Source: an uncultured Microthrixaceae bacterium (GTDB lineage: Bacteria; Actinomycetota; Acidimicrobiia; Acidimicrobiales; VFJN01). Taken from it: 64,000 bases of DNA. The stretch lies in the NCBI GenBank assembly GCA_963721695.1, contig CAVRKU010000011.1, positions 1,014-65,013 on the forward strand, written 5' to 3'. Of this stretch, positions 29,195-41,488 are shown one piece after another (position 1 is the first letter of the stretch; the number at the start of each line of letters is the position of its first letter). Both the position numbers and the translations under genes were made by a program. The notes beneath the pieces were generated by a model that saw only the letters and a program-made list of their open reading frames with translations, had not been told where the DNA came from and ran no database searches.

Positions 29195-30019
29195 CTAGTT
29201 GAAGCCGCGGCGGTCCTGCTTCAGGGCGGTGTCGATGGCCAGGCTGCTGGCCACGACCATGGAGCGGAGGGGCTCCTCCAGCGGGCGGTGGATCTGGACC
29301 ACGAAGTTGTCCGCGGTCGTGAAGAGCGTCTGGGCGAGGCCCTCCCAGGTCTTGGTGATCCGGGCGATCTCGGTGCCGGTGTGGTCGGCGACGTGGAAGT
29401 TCCAGGCCCGCCAGTTCTCGGCGTTGATCGAGCCGTAGGCATGGCCGCCGGCCTCCAGGCTGAAGCGGATCTTCCCGAAGACGTTGTTCTGGACGATCTG
29501 GCCGATCTCGGCGCCGCGGCCGTCCTGCACGATGATCTTCGACTTCATGACCTTGGCGGGCCGGATCAGCACGAGCAGCACGTTGCCCTGGGCGTCGACC
29601 ACCTCGAGCTGGTGGGTGAGGAACTGGTCCACGGAGGCCAGCACGCGCAACGCCTTCTTGGCCGTCGACTGACCGACCTGGCGCACGGCGCCGATCTGCC
29701 GCCCGTTCTGGTCGTGGATCGCGTACTCGTTGACGACCTCCAGGAGCTTGGCCCGTTGGCTCACGACCATCACGGGCTCGGTGAAGATCGTCCCGCCGCC
29801 CTGCACCTCGGTGCCCGCACCGACCTTCGCCACGTCGGCCACGATCTTGTCCACCGACCGGGACGCGGCGGGCACGGCGGCGGTGCCCTGGACCGGGTCG
29901 ATCGCCTGGACACCGTTCGAGGACACGTGGTCGGTCCAGCCGGTCCCGTCCCAGTAGCGCAGCTCGTTGCGACCGAGCGGATCGGGGTGCCACGCGGCCG
30001 GGATCTCCCCCTCGCTCAT
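29195..30019 (-). CDS. DUF2510-type N-terminal motif fused to a phospholipid-scramblase/LURP-one-like domain
   Basis: 3' part of ORF 29195..30700 from ATG 30019: MSEGEIPAAWHPDPLGRNELRYWDGTGWTDHV... It then has a beta-barrel-like domain ending ...ITKTWEGLAQTLFTTADNFVVQIHRPL, which resembles the FTDADNFGIQF block of scramblases. Confidence 0.65.
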   Translation of the reverse strand: MSEGEIPAAWHPDPLGRNELRYWDGTGWTDHVSSNGVQAIDPVQGTAAVPAASRSVDKIVADVAKVGAGTEVQGGGTIFTEPVMVVSQRAKLLEVVNEYAIHDQNGRQIGAVRQVGQSTAKKALRVLASVDQFLTHQLEVVDAQGNVLLVLIRPAKVMKSKIIVQDGRGAEIGQIVQNNVFGKIRFSLEAGGHAYGSINAENWRAWNFHVADHTGTEIARITKTWEGLAQTLFTTADNFVVQIHRPLEEPLRSMVVASSLAIDTALKQDRRGFN

Positions 30020-31572
30020 GCGCAGAGAGTACCGATCAGCCTCCCGCGATGAACCGGAGCCGCAGATCGTCGCCGCGTCTCGACGAAGTCCGTGCGGGTG
30101 TGCGCGCCACGGCTCTCCTCGCGCGCCATGGCCGCCGCGCAGAGCAGACGCCCCACCGTGACCAGGTTGCGGAGCTCCCACGACGCCAGATCGTCGCCGG
30201 CCACCTGCCCCGCGCAGACCGCCGCCACCGCCGCGAGCGACTCCGCCGACCGCAGCACGCCGGCATCCACCGTCATCCGGCGCTGCAGCTCCTCCCGGCT
30301 CGGGACGACGCCCTCGTTGGCCGGCATCGGGGCGAGCGGGTGACCCCCGATGTCGCCCCCGCCGAGCAGGGACCGCATGGCACCGGTGGCGCGCGGCCCG
30401 TCGACGCCCCGGTCGATGGCCTCGACCACGCGAGGACCGAACACCATGCCGTCGAGGAGTGAGTTCGACGCCAGCCGGTTGGCACCCATCACGCCGTTGC
30501 AGCTCGCCTCCCCGGCCACCCACAGGCCGGGAAGGGAGGACGCCCCGTCGAGGTCGGCGAGGATGCCACCGCAGCTGTAGTGCGCCGCGGGGGCGATCGG
30601 AAGCCAGTCGCGCGCCGGGTCGAGCCCGACCTTGGCCAGCTCCGCACTGATCGTGGGGAAGCGGTCGGCGAAGCCGTCGAGGCCCGTGGCGTCGAGCCAC
30701 AGGTGCTCGACCCCCTCGGAGATCATGCGAGCGGTGATCGCCCGGCTCACCTTGTCGCGCGAGAGGAGCTCGTCGACGAACCGCTCGCCGCTGCTGTCGC
30801 GCAGGAGGGCGCCGTGCCCGCGCAGCGCCTCCGTGAGCAGGGGACGGGGCATGACCGGATGGTGGAGCGCGGTGGGGTGGAACTGCTCGAACTCCACGTC
30901 CGCCACGGCGACGCCGGCGCGTATCGCCATGGCCACGCCGTCCCCGGTGGCCTCCGTGGGGTTGGTCGTCACCGCGAAGAGCTGGCCGTACCCACCGGTG
31001 GCCACGAGCACGTGGGCGGCACGGACCTCGCGTCGACCCCCCGACGGGTCCGCGGCGATCACACCGCGGCAGCGGCCGCCCTCGACGATCAGGTCGAGGG
31101 CGAAGGAGCTCTCGTAGACCGCGGACACCTCAGCCCGCACGGCGTCGACGAGCGTCCGCTCGATCTCCGCGCCGGTCGCCGCTCCCCCGGCGTGCACGAT
31201 GCGCGGCACGGAGTGGCCGCCCTCCCGGGCCAGCTCGAGCTGACCCTCGGGGTCGCGGTCGAAGGCGGCGCCGAGGGCGATGAGCTCGTGGACGCGAGAC
31301 GGACCCTCGTCGACGAGGACGCGCACGGCCTCGACGTCGCACAACCCGGCCCCCGCCGCGAGCGTGTCGGCGAGGTGGAGGTCGGTCGAGTCCGGGTCCT
31401 CGTTGAGCACGGCCGCGACCCCGCCTTGGGCCCAGCGCGTCGTGGCCTGCTGGAGCTCCGCCTTGGTGAGGACGCCCACCCGCATCCCGTGGATCTCGGC
31501 CGCCCGGACCGCTGCGGACAGGCCCGCCACACCGGAGCCGAGCACGAGGAGGTCGAGGTCGGCCACCGGCAA
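30016..31572 (-). CDS. nadB: L-aspartate oxidase
   Basis: 518-aa ORF with FAD motif LVLGSGVAGLSAA, then RWAQGGVAAV and the ESRGAHTRTDF C-terminal block. The last 18 codons have poor GC3. Removing one base near 30072 gives ...DFVETR|DDLRLRFIAGG* (TGA 30036-30038), probably the true end. Confidence 0.9.
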   Translation of the reverse strand: MPVADLDLLVLGSGVAGLSAAVRAAEIHGMRVGVLTKAELQQATTRWAQGGVAAVLNEDPDSTDLHLADTLAAGAGLCDVEAVRVLVDEGPSRVHELIALGAAFDRDPEGQLELAREGGHSVPRIVHAGGAATGAEIERTLVDAVRAEVSAVYESSFALDLIVEGGRCRGVIAADPSGGRREVRAAHVLVATGGYGQLFAVTTNPTEATGDGVAMAIRAGVAVADVEFEQFHPTALHHPVMPRPLLTEALRGHGALLRDSSGERFVDELLSRDKVSRAITARMISEGVEHLWLDATGLDGFADRFPTISAELAKVGLDPARDWLPIAPAAHYSCGGILADLDGASSLPGLWVAGEASCNGVMGANRLASNSLLDGMVFGPRVVEAIDRGVDGPRATGAMRSLLGGGDIGGHPLAPMPANEGVVPSREELQRRMTVDAGVLRSAESLAAVAAVCAGQVAGDDLASWELRNLVTVGRLLCAAAMAREESRGAHTRTDFVETRRRSAAPVHRGRLIGTLCA

Positions 31573-31647
31573 GGTCTAGCCCGCCCCGAGGGCCCGGGTC
31601 CCGACCGGTAGCGTCGCCCCCGGCAGCGGGCGTCACGGAGGGCAGCG

Positions 31648-32494
31648 ATGGTTGGGGAGGAGCGTCGGGTGATCCTGGCGGCTCGGCAGGTCGTGAAGGA
31701 CTACCCGCAGGGCGAAGGCGTCCAGCGCGTCCTCGACCACCTGTCCCTCGAGGTCGAGGCGGGACGGTTCGCGGCGATCATGGGTCCGTCGGGATCGGGC
31801 AAGTCGACCTTGCTCCACCTGTTGGGCGGCCTCGACACGCCCGACTCAGGCGAGATCGAGCTGGACGGCACGCCGCTGTCGTCGCTCAACGACGATGCCC
31901 GCACGCGGCTGCGCCGCAACCGGATCGGGATCGTGTACCAGTTCTTCAACCTCGTGCCGGTGCTCACGGTCGCCGAGAACATCGCCCTCCCGGCCGTGAT
32001 CGCGGGCCGCCCCGCCGTCACCTATCGCACGACGCTCGAGGACGTCATCGAGCTCGTGGGCCTCGGCGACCATCGTGACAAGCAGCCGTCGCAGCTCTCG
32101 GGCGGCCAGCAGCAGCGCGCGGCCATCGCCCGGGCGCTGTTCACCTCGCCCGCCGTGCTCCTCGCGGACGAGCCCACCGGGAACCTCGACCTCACGTCGG
32201 GCTCCGAGGTCCTCGCGCTCTTCCTGGCCGCGCAACGAGCGATGGGCCAGACGATCGTCATGGTCACGCACGACCCGCGCACGGCCGGTCATGCGCAGCA
32301 GGTGCACCTCCTGCGCGACGGCGCCGTCCAGGCGTCCCTCGACGTCGCCGATCGCTGCACCGGCCCCGCGGCCGTGGACCCCACCCACGAGGACCGGTCA
32401 CGCGGTGGTGCTCCGCTGGCTGGAGGACAGCGACGCCGCCGGCGCGGCATCCGGTCACGATCGACGAACGTCGACCGGGTACGACGAGATCTGA
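31648..32494 (+). CDS. ABC transporter ATP-binding protein (MacB/LolD-like); one frame change near the 3' end as sequenced
   Basis: 5' part of ORF 31648..35055 with GPSGSGKSTLLHLLGG, LSGGQQQRAAIARAL, LLADEPTGNLD and MVTHD. Near 32395 the frame must change to ...HAVVLRWLEDSDAAGAASGHDRRTSTGYDEI* (frame of ORF 32075..32494). That frame stops 3 nt before the permease ATG. Confidence 0.8.
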
Positions 32495-32497
32495 ACG

Positions 32498-35020
32498 ATG
32501 CGGTCGCTCTCCGAGCTCTCCGTGCGGAGCCTGCGCCGGCGACCGGCGCGGTTCGCGCTGACGGGTGCGGGCGCGGCGCTCGGGGTGGCCGTGCTCTACG
32601 CCGTGCTGCTCACCAGCGCCGCGACCACGGCAGCCCTCGACGACGCGGTGTCGGGGTCGGCCGGGGACGTCGACGTGTTCGTCGGGCCGGTCGGGTCCTT
32701 CGACGCCACCCTCGCACCCGCCCTCGTCGACCAGGTGGCCGCCCTCGACGGGGTCGAGACGGCCGTCGGCTCGGTGACGTTCCGCAGCTCCGCCTGGCCC
32801 GTGACGGAGGGGACGGCTCCGCCCGTCGTCTCCCGAGACAACGTCCTGTACGTGGTCGGGGCCGACCTCGATCGCGCCCAGGACCTCCGATCGTTCGACC
32901 TGCTCGAGGGGGCGCTGCCCGCGCCAGAGGCGGACGAGATCGTCCTCGCCCGCCGGATCGCGGACGACCTCGACCTGGCGACGGGCGACACGATCGCGCT
33001 GGCGACGCCGGGCGGCAGCCAGGTCGTCACGATCTCGGGCATCCTCGAGCGCGGAAGGGGCCGGCCTCGGCTTCCAGGGCGCGGTCGGGTACACCTCGAC
33101 GGCCACGGCCCAGCGCCTGTTCGGCAAGGGCGACGTCATCACCGGCGTGGAGATCGCGCTGGCCGACGGCCTCGACAGCGACACCTGGATCGACGACCAC
33201 CGCGAGGCGATCGGCGAGTCGCTCACCATCCAGGATGCCGACGACGCGGCGGCGCCGTTCCGAGACTTCATCACCGCCATCAGCGGCGCGCTCGACCCTG
33301 ATGTCGGTGATCGCCGTGTTCGTCGGCGGGTTCCTCGTGTTCCTGACCTTCTCCGTCGCCGTCGCCGAGCGGACGCCGACCTACGGCATCCTGCGCGCGC
33401 TCGGGGCGCAACCAGCCCAGGTGCGTCGCGTCGTGCTGACGGAGGCCGCGGTGCTCGGGCTGGTCGCGAGCCTCGTGGGCCTCATCATCGGGCGGTTGAT
33501 CGCGGGCGTGAGCCTGGGCGTGGTCGAGTCGCTCCTCGACCTCGACCTGCAGCCGCTCGGCCTCCCTCCCGGGCCGGCCTTGGTCGGCGTGGTGGTCGGG
33601 GTCTCGGTCAGCGTCGCGGCGGCCTGGCTGCCGGGTCGCCGGGCCTCCGCCCTCGGCCCCGTCGACGCGATGCGGGAGGGCGCCGCCGGCATCGAACCCC
33701 GCGGCCAGTGGCGTCCCCGGGTGGGCCTGCTCGTCCTGGGGATCGCGGTCGGGTTCAGCGGGACGAGCGTTCCCGTGCGAGGTCTCGCGGCCATCCTCGT
33801 CCTGCTCGCGTCGGTGCTGCTCGTCCCGTTCGCGCTGCAGCCCGTGGCTCGGGTCGTCGGCGGCCCGATCTCCCACCTTGCCCGCGGCACGGGCGCGATC
33901 GCGGTCCTGCACCTGGTGAAGGAGCGCAGCCGCAGCGCGTACACCCTCGCCCTCGTCATGGTCGTGCTGGCGATGCTGATGACCGTGGCGGGCGCCAGCG
34001 CCGCCATGTCCCGCACCCTCACCAACGTCATCGAGCGCCAGACCGGTGGGAGCCTGCAGGTCATCGCGCCTGGCGCCTTCGAGCCCGACGTCGGAGGCCG
34101 GTTGGCGGCCATCGACGGCGTCCGGGCCGTGACCCCGGTCCAGTTCGGGCAGACCGACCGTCTGATCGACGACGGGTCGGCGCGCGTCGGCGTCACCGAT
34201 CATCGACCCCGCGACCTACTTCGACGTCGCCGGCTTCGCCTGGGTCGACGGAGACGACGACTCGGCCGCCGCCGCGCTGAGCGCCGGTGGGGCCGTCCTC
34301 GTCCCGGACGCCACGTCAGCCGGGGCGGGCGTGGACCGAGGCGACGTCGTCCAGCTGCGCACGAGCGAGGGGGTGGCGGAGTTCACCGTCGCGGGCACCT
34401 ACGCGGTGGTCGGACCCGGGTTCGGCGTCGTGGCCGGCAACCCGGACGCGGCCCGGTTCGGGGCGGGACGCCCCAACGCCTACTTGGTCGACGCGGCGGA
34501 CGGCGTCGACGAGGGCACGCTCGTCTACGCGGTGGCGACGGAGCTGGGCGGGGAGTACGACCTGGTCATCGACACCCCCGACTCGACCAAGGACTTCGCC
34601 TTCAGCCAGCTGCGCGGCTTCTTCTCCCTCGCCTACGTGATCCTCATCGCGGCGGCCGTCGCCGGGCTGCTGGGACTGGCGAACACGCTGGCCGTCTCGG
34701 TGCTGGCGCGCACCCACGAGATCGGTGTGCTCCGGTCGGCGGGGACGCTGCGCAGCCAGATCCGTCAGATGGTCCTCGTCGAGGCCATCACGCTCGCCTT
34801 GGTGGCGTTCGTGCTCGCCGTGCCGCTCGGGCTGCTCCTGACCGTGGGCACCTCCGCGACGGTCCGGGGGGCGGTGGGCGCGTCGGTCCAGCTCACCGTG
34901 CCGTGGGGGTTCCTCGTGCCGTTGCTCGTCGTGACGCTCGTCGTGGCCGCGCTGGCGGCGCTGATCCCCGCCCGGCGGGCGGCCCGGCTCGAGCCGGTCG
35001 CGGCGCTCCGCTTCGACTGA
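32498..35020 (+). CDS. ABC transporter permease with two FtsX-like domains (MacB-type); three frame changes as sequenced
   Basis: The pieces are ORF 32498..33301 ([38 protein letters not shown]...), ORF 33147.. (...GAGLGFQGAVGYTSTATAQRLFGKGDVITGVEIALADG...), the ORF 31648 frame (LMSVIAVFVGGFLVFLTFSVAVAERTPTYGILRALGAQ...) and ORF 34331..35020 (...EIGVLRSAGTLRSQIRQMVLVEAITLAL...AALRFD*). Shifts lie near 33055, 33293 and 34197. Confidence 0.8.
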
Positions 35021-35023
35021 CGG

Positions 35024-35875
35024 TCAGGCGACTGAGGCGCCCACGTTGTCGATGAGGCGCGCCCGACCGAACCGCACCGCGGCGAGCAGGCGCAGCTCGC
35101 CCTCGAGGGGATCGACGACCTGGAGGGTGCGGGCGTCCACGACCGCGGCGTAGTCGAGCTCGGCCAGCGGTTCGGCTTCGATGAGCTCGGTCATCAGCGC
35201 GCGCACCCGCGCCGCATCGCGCTCGCCGGCGTCGATGGCGAGGCGACCCACGAGGAGCGCCGAGTGCACGACGGGCGCGGCAGCCCGCTCCGCGTCCGTG
35301 AGGTAGGCGTTGCGGCTCGAGAGGGCGAGGCCGTCGGGCTCGCGCTGCGTGGGGCACGCCACGACGTCCACGGGCAGCGACAGGTCGCTGACCATCTGGC
35401 GGATGACGGCCACCTGCTGGAAGTCCTTCTCACCGAAGTAGGCCCGGCACGGTCCGACGATGGCGAACAGCTTGGCGACCACGGTGGCGACGCCCGCGAA
35501 GTGCGTCGGCCGCGCCGCTCCCTCCAGCGGTTCGGAGACCTCCGCGACCGTCACGGTGGTGCGCACGGCGCCCTCGGGGTACATCTCCTCGGTCGTCGGC
35601 ACGAACAGGAGGTCGGCCCCCTGCGCCTCGGCCAGGGCGGTGTCCCCCGCGAGGTCACGTGGGTACGCATCGAGGTCCTCGGCGGGCCCGAACTGCAGCG
35701 GGTTGACGAAGATCGACACCACCACGAGGTCGGTGTCGGCACGCGCCGCGGCCACCAACGACGCGTGCCCTGCGTGGAGGTAGCCCATCGTCGGTACGAA
35801 CCCGACGCCCTGGCCGGAGGCTCGCGCCGCGTCGAGCCGCTCCCGCAGGGCCGCGATGGAGGTCACGGTCGTCAC
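35024..35875 (-). CDS. panC: Pantoate--beta-alanine ligase
   Basis: 3' part of ORF 35024..36793 from GTG 35875 (GTGA overlap with the upstream stop): (M)TTVTSIAALRERLDAARASGQGVGFVPTMGYLHAGHASLV...SIFVNPLQFGP...FGEKDFQQ. Confidence 0.9.
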   Translation of the reverse strand: MTTVTSIAALRERLDAARASGQGVGFVPTMGYLHAGHASLVAAARADTDLVVVSIFVNPLQFGPAEDLDAYPRDLAGDTALAEAQGADLLFVPTTEEMYPEGAVRTTVTVAEVSEPLEGAARPTHFAGVATVVAKLFAIVGPCRAYFGEKDFQQVAVIRQMVSDLSLPVDVVACPTQREPDGLALSSRNAYLTDAERAAAPVVHSALLVGRLAIDAGERDAARVRALMTELIEAEPLAELDYAAVVDARTLQVVDPLEGELRLLAAVRFGRARLIDNVGASVA

Positions 35876-36582
35876 GGGCACAGGCGGCCTGCCTCGTGCG
35901 CCATGGCCTCGTAGGCCGCGCGCTCCTCCGGGGGGAGGGCGGCGAGGTGTCGCGCAACGGTCGCGGTGTCGCCCCGTCGCACGGGACCCGTGAGGGCGGC
36001 CCGCGGACCGAGGGCGGCCACGTCGGCGAGGCTGCCGCGGGCCAGGTCGAGGAAGGCCTCGACCGGCGCTCCGACGCTGGCCGCCACGCGCTCGGCCTGC
36101 CCGAGCAGCGCCACGAGGTGGTTGGACGCGATCACGGCGGCGGCGTGGTACCGGGCCCACTCGGTCTCGGCGACGTGCACGACGCGACCGCGCAGGCTGG
36201 CGACGACCTCGGCCACGAGGGAGTCGCCGTCCTCGGCGATCCCGAACCAGGCGCCCACGAGCCGCTCCGCGCCCCGCTCTGCGTCCGGGAGGGCGACGAG
36301 CGGGTGGAGCACCGCCCGTCGCTGGTGCCGAGCGAGCGGGTGGAGCCCCGCGGAGCCCGACACGTGGGCGATGACCGCGTGCGGGGACGGCCGAATCGCC
36401 CTCGCCACGTCGCCGATGGCGTGGTCGGGCGTGGCGATGAGGACCAGGTCCACGTCTGCCGCGGCGGCGCTGACGTCGTCGTCGCGCCCGAGGATCGGCA
36501 GCATCTCCCAGCCGGCGCGAGCCAGCGCGGTGTCGAGGGCCGTGCCAGCGCGGCCGGGGCCGATGATGCGAACCCGCGTCAT
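35872..36582 (-). CDS. Rossmann-fold NAD(P)-binding protein (DUF2520 / ketopantoate-reductase-like) of the fol-pan cluster
   Basis: ORF 35872..36813 trimmed to ATG 36582 (ATGA overlap with the folK stop): MTRVRIIGPGRAGTALDTALARAGWEML...IATPDHAIGDVA. The position between folK and panC matches the conserved actinobacterial arrangement. Confidence 0.7.
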   Translation of the reverse strand: MTRVRIIGPGRAGTALDTALARAGWEMLPILGRDDDVSAAAADVDLVLIATPDHAIGDVARAIRPSPHAVIAHVSGSAGLHPLARHQRRAVLHPLVALPDAERGAERLVGAWFGIAEDGDSLVAEVVASLRGRVVHVAETEWARYHAAAVIASNHLVALLGQAERVAASVGAPVEAFLDLARGSLADVAALGPRAALTGPVRRGDTATVARHLAALPPEERAAYEAMAHEAGRLCP

Positions 36583-37067
36583 GCCCCGTCTCCGTCCGCT
36601 CCCGCCAGCTCGGCGAGCGTCCCCACCGCGCGGACCTCTCCGTCGGCGGTGGCGAGCTGGGCCGGCGTGACGAGGTCCGGGGCCAGGTCGGCCAGGGGGG
36701 CCAGCACGAACCGCCGCTCCGCCATCCGTGGGTGCGGTACCTGCAGGTCGGGTTCGTCGACGTCGATGCCCTCGACGAGCAGCACGTCCACATCGAGCGT
36801 GCGTGGGCCCCACCGCACCTCGCGCACGCGTCCGGCGTCGCGCTCGAGGGCGTGGCAGACCTCGAGGAGCTGGCGTGGGGTCCGCGCGGTGTGCAGCTCG
36901 GCGACGAGGTTCAGGTACGGACCCTGGTCGGCGGGGCCGCCGACGGGGGCCGTCTCGTAGACGGGGGACGTGGCCACGAGGTCGGGAAGCGACGCCACCG
37001 CGGCCCGCAGGTGGGCCACCCGGTCGCCCAGGTTCGATCCGAGCCCGAGGAACGCCCGCCGCGCCAT
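36579..37067 (-). CDS. folK: 2-amino-4-hydroxy-6-hydroxymethyldihydropteridine pyrophosphokinase
   Basis: 3' part of ORF 36579..37928 from ATG 37067: MARRAFLGLGSNLGDRVAHLRAAVASL...SPVYETAPVGGP...RWGPRTLDVDVL...PHPRMAERRFVLAPL. Confidence 0.9.
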   Translation of the reverse strand: MARRAFLGLGSNLGDRVAHLRAAVASLPDLVATSPVYETAPVGGPADQGPYLNLVAELHTARTPRQLLEVCHALERDAGRVREVRWGPRTLDVDVLLVEGIDVDEPDLQVPHPRMAERRFVLAPLADLAPDLVTPAQLATADGEVRAVGTLAELAGADGDGA

Positions 37068-37435
37068 CAGCGCGCCCGGGAGACGCGAACCCCCGACGTG
37101 CTGAGCTGCTGCGCGACCGGTGGGCGCAGCTTGCGCACGGCGAGGGTCACCGAGTCGATGCGAGGATCGGCCGCGAGCAGCTCGGTGGCGAGGTGCTCGA
37201 CGAGCGCCTCCAGCAGGGCGTAGCTGGTGGTGGAGACCACCCGCTCGATCACGGCGCAGAGGCCTCCGTAGTCGACCGTGTCCGCGAGGTCGTCGCTCGT
37301 TCCCGCCGGGGCCAGATCGAGCCGGACGTCCAGATCGACCTCGAGGGGCTGCGGTTGGGCCTGCTCGTGGGCCAGCACGCCGACGATCCCCGCGACGCGG
37401 AGGCCGCGCAGCTCGATCAGGTCTGCCGCGGCCAC
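37067..37435 (-). CDS. folB: Dihydroneopterin aldolase
   Basis: Intact 122-aa ORF: LIELRGLRVAGIVGVLAHEQAQPQPLEVDLDV...DDLADTVDYGGL. Confidence 0.9.
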   Translation of the reverse strand: MAAADLIELRGLRVAGIVGVLAHEQAQPQPLEVDLDVRLDLAPAGTSDDLADTVDYGGLCAVIERVVSTTSYALLEALVEHLATELLAADPRIDSVTLAVRKLRPPVAQQLSTSGVRVSRAR

Positions 37436-37438
37436 GGG

Positions 37439-37945
37439 CTACTTCGGGACGGTGGCGGCGAGGGCGACGAGGTCGCGCCCCAGGGGGCCCAGGGGGCGGG
37501 AGAGCAGCTGCTCCACGAGCGACGTCGCCTGGGGGGCCATCGGCACGACCTCGGCCCACAGGAGGTAGCCGGCCATGAGCCCCGCCACTCGGTCGGAGAG
37601 CTCGTCCTGGTGGAGCAGCACCTTGCCGCCCGCGGCGAGCATGGCCGCCAGCTCGGGGAAGAGGGTCTGGATCACGGCGAGGGCGTCGTCGTGGGGCCCG
37701 AACGGCACGTGGCGCCACGTGACGCCGAGCTCGTCGTAGTTGTGGAGGTTGTGGGGCGACGGGATCAGCGTGACGACGCACGTGAACCCCTGCTCCCGGA
37801 TCCAGATGATCTCCTCCTGGCGGCGGACGCGGCGGTGGTTGGCGCCGTAGCCGCCCGGCCGTTCGCAGACCGCCAGCTTGTCCTTGAGGATCCACGCGAA
37901 GTTCCGCGGTTGGATCCCCTGGGCCCACTTCCCCTTCATCGGCAC
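37439..37945 (-). CDS. Dual-specificity-phosphatase-like protein lacking the catalytic cysteine
   Basis: Intact 168-aa ORF with high GC3. At the position of the PTP loop HCxxGxxR(S/T) it reads KVLLHQDELSDRVAGLMAGYLLW (C to Q, G to L, Arg retained). It is wedged between folP and folB with 13-nt and 3-nt gaps. Confidence 0.6.
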   Translation of the reverse strand: MPMKGKWAQGIQPRNFAWILKDKLAVCERPGGYGANHRRVRRQEEIIWIREQGFTCVVTLIPSPHNLHNYDELGVTWRHVPFGPHDDALAVIQTLFPELAAMLAAGGKVLLHQDELSDRVAGLMAGYLLWAEVVPMAPQATSLVEQLLSRPLGPLGRDLVALAATVPK

Positions 37946-37958
37946 GTGCGGTGCTCCC

Positions 37959-38772
37959 TCATGCTGCGTCCTTGGTGATGTGGCCGCCGATGACCATCGC
38001 GGCGTGAGCGGTGGCGCGCACGTCGTGGGCGCGCACCATGGCGGCGCCGCACGTCATGGCCCAGGTGGCGGTGGCGAGCGAGCCTTCGAGCCGATCGTCG
38101 ACCGGCGCGGGGCCAGGGCGACCGTCGGACGCACCGAGGATGGTCCCCAGGAACCCCTTCCGGCTCGTTCCGACGAGGACGGGATACCCCGTCGCCACCA
38201 GCTCGTCGAGGTGGGTCAGCAGCGCCAGGTTGTGCTCGAACGTCTTGCCGAAGCCGATGCCAGGGTCGATCCACACCTCGGACACCCCGGCGGCGACGGC
38301 CGCGTCGGCCCGGGCCACGAGGTCGGCGACGACCTCGGTGACGACGTCGTCGTAGCGCGGATCGTCCTGCATGGTGGCGGGCTCGCCCTGGGCTGTGCAT
38401 GGCCGCCCAGGCGACGCCCAGCTCGGCGGCCAGCTGGCCCTGCGCGGCGCCGACGTCGTTGAGGAGCGTCGCCCCGGCGGCGACCGCGGCGCGGGCGACG
38501 ACGGCCTTGCGGGTGTCGATCGAGACCCGGGCGCCGCCAGCGGCGAGCGCCTCGACGACGGGGACGACGCGCCGCAGCTCTTCCTGCTCCGAGACGGGGG
38601 TGGCGCCGGGGCGAGTGGACTCACCGCCCACATCGAGCCAATCCGCCCCGTCGGCGAGCAGGGCCCGGCCGTGGGCGATGGCCGCGGCGTGGTCGTCGAA
38701 CTGCCCTCCGTCTGAGAACGAGTCGGGTGTCACGTTGATGACGCCCATCACGAGCGGACGAGGCTGGGGCAC
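37959..38772 (-). CDS. folP: Dihydropteroate synthase; one frame change as sequenced
   Basis: ORF 37936..38772 (MPQPRPLVMGVINVTPDSFSDGGQF...LDVGGESTRPGA...LLNDV...AWAAMHS) joins ORF 37959..38633 (QGEPATMQDDPRYDDVVTEV...WIDPGIGFGKT...LVGTSRKGFLG...VRAHDV) once the extra C in AGC[C]CAGG near 38391 is removed. Confidence 0.9.
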
Positions 38773-39445
38773 CTCGGCAGTCTAGGACGCCGATCCCGCA
38801 CCCGTTCGTGGCACCGAGGTGCGTCTCAGTGCCTTCTGTGTCACCCTCGCCCGGTGACGAAGCGCATCGCCTCCTGGCGGGTGGCGATGTTGGCGCGGAA
38901 GAGCCCCCGCACGGCGGACGTCACCGTGGTCGAGCCGGCCTTCTGGACGCCCCGCATCGACATGCAGAGGTGCTCGGCCTCGATGATCACCATCACCCCA
39001 CGCGGCTCGAGGGTGCGCTCCATGGCGTCGGCGATCTGCACGGTCAGGTGCTCCTGCACCTGCGGACGCCGGCTGTAGCCGTCGACCAGCCGGGCGATCT
39101 TCGACAGGCCGGTGATGCGGCCGTCGTCGCCCGGGATGTACGCCACGTGGGCCTTCCCGCTGAAGGGGATGAGGTGGTGCTCGCACATGCTCTGCAGCGG
39201 GATGTCACGCACCATCACCATCTCGTCGTGGCTCGACTCGAACGTGACGGTGAGGTGCTCGGCGGGGTCGGTGTGGAGGCCCACGAAGATCTCCGCGTAC
39301 ATGCGGGCGACGCGTGCGGGGGTGTCGAGGAGGCCATCCCGATCCGGGTCCTCGCCGATCGCCTCCAGGATCTCCCGGACCGCCTTCTCGATCCGCGCGA
39401 GGTCCATCGGCGTGTCGATGGCTGGTCGCTCGCGGGCCACGAGGG

Positions 39446-41449
<2,004 letters not shown>

Positions 41450-41488
41450 GCTCCGAGCAGGCTACCGGGGGGCTCCCCCGAGGGGAAC

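Noticed and set aside
26331-29198. 955-aa plus-strand ORF
   Set aside because: It is antisense to lysS, coaX and nadC, all of which have clear motifs on the minus strand.
31648-35055. Single 1135-aa ORF suggesting a fused ABC ATPase-permease
   Set aside because: About 40% of it is Arg/Gly/Pro junk between recognisable segments. The permease peptide continues in other frames (32498.., 33147.., 34331..). A stop/ATG junction at 32492-32500 appears once one frame change is allowed.
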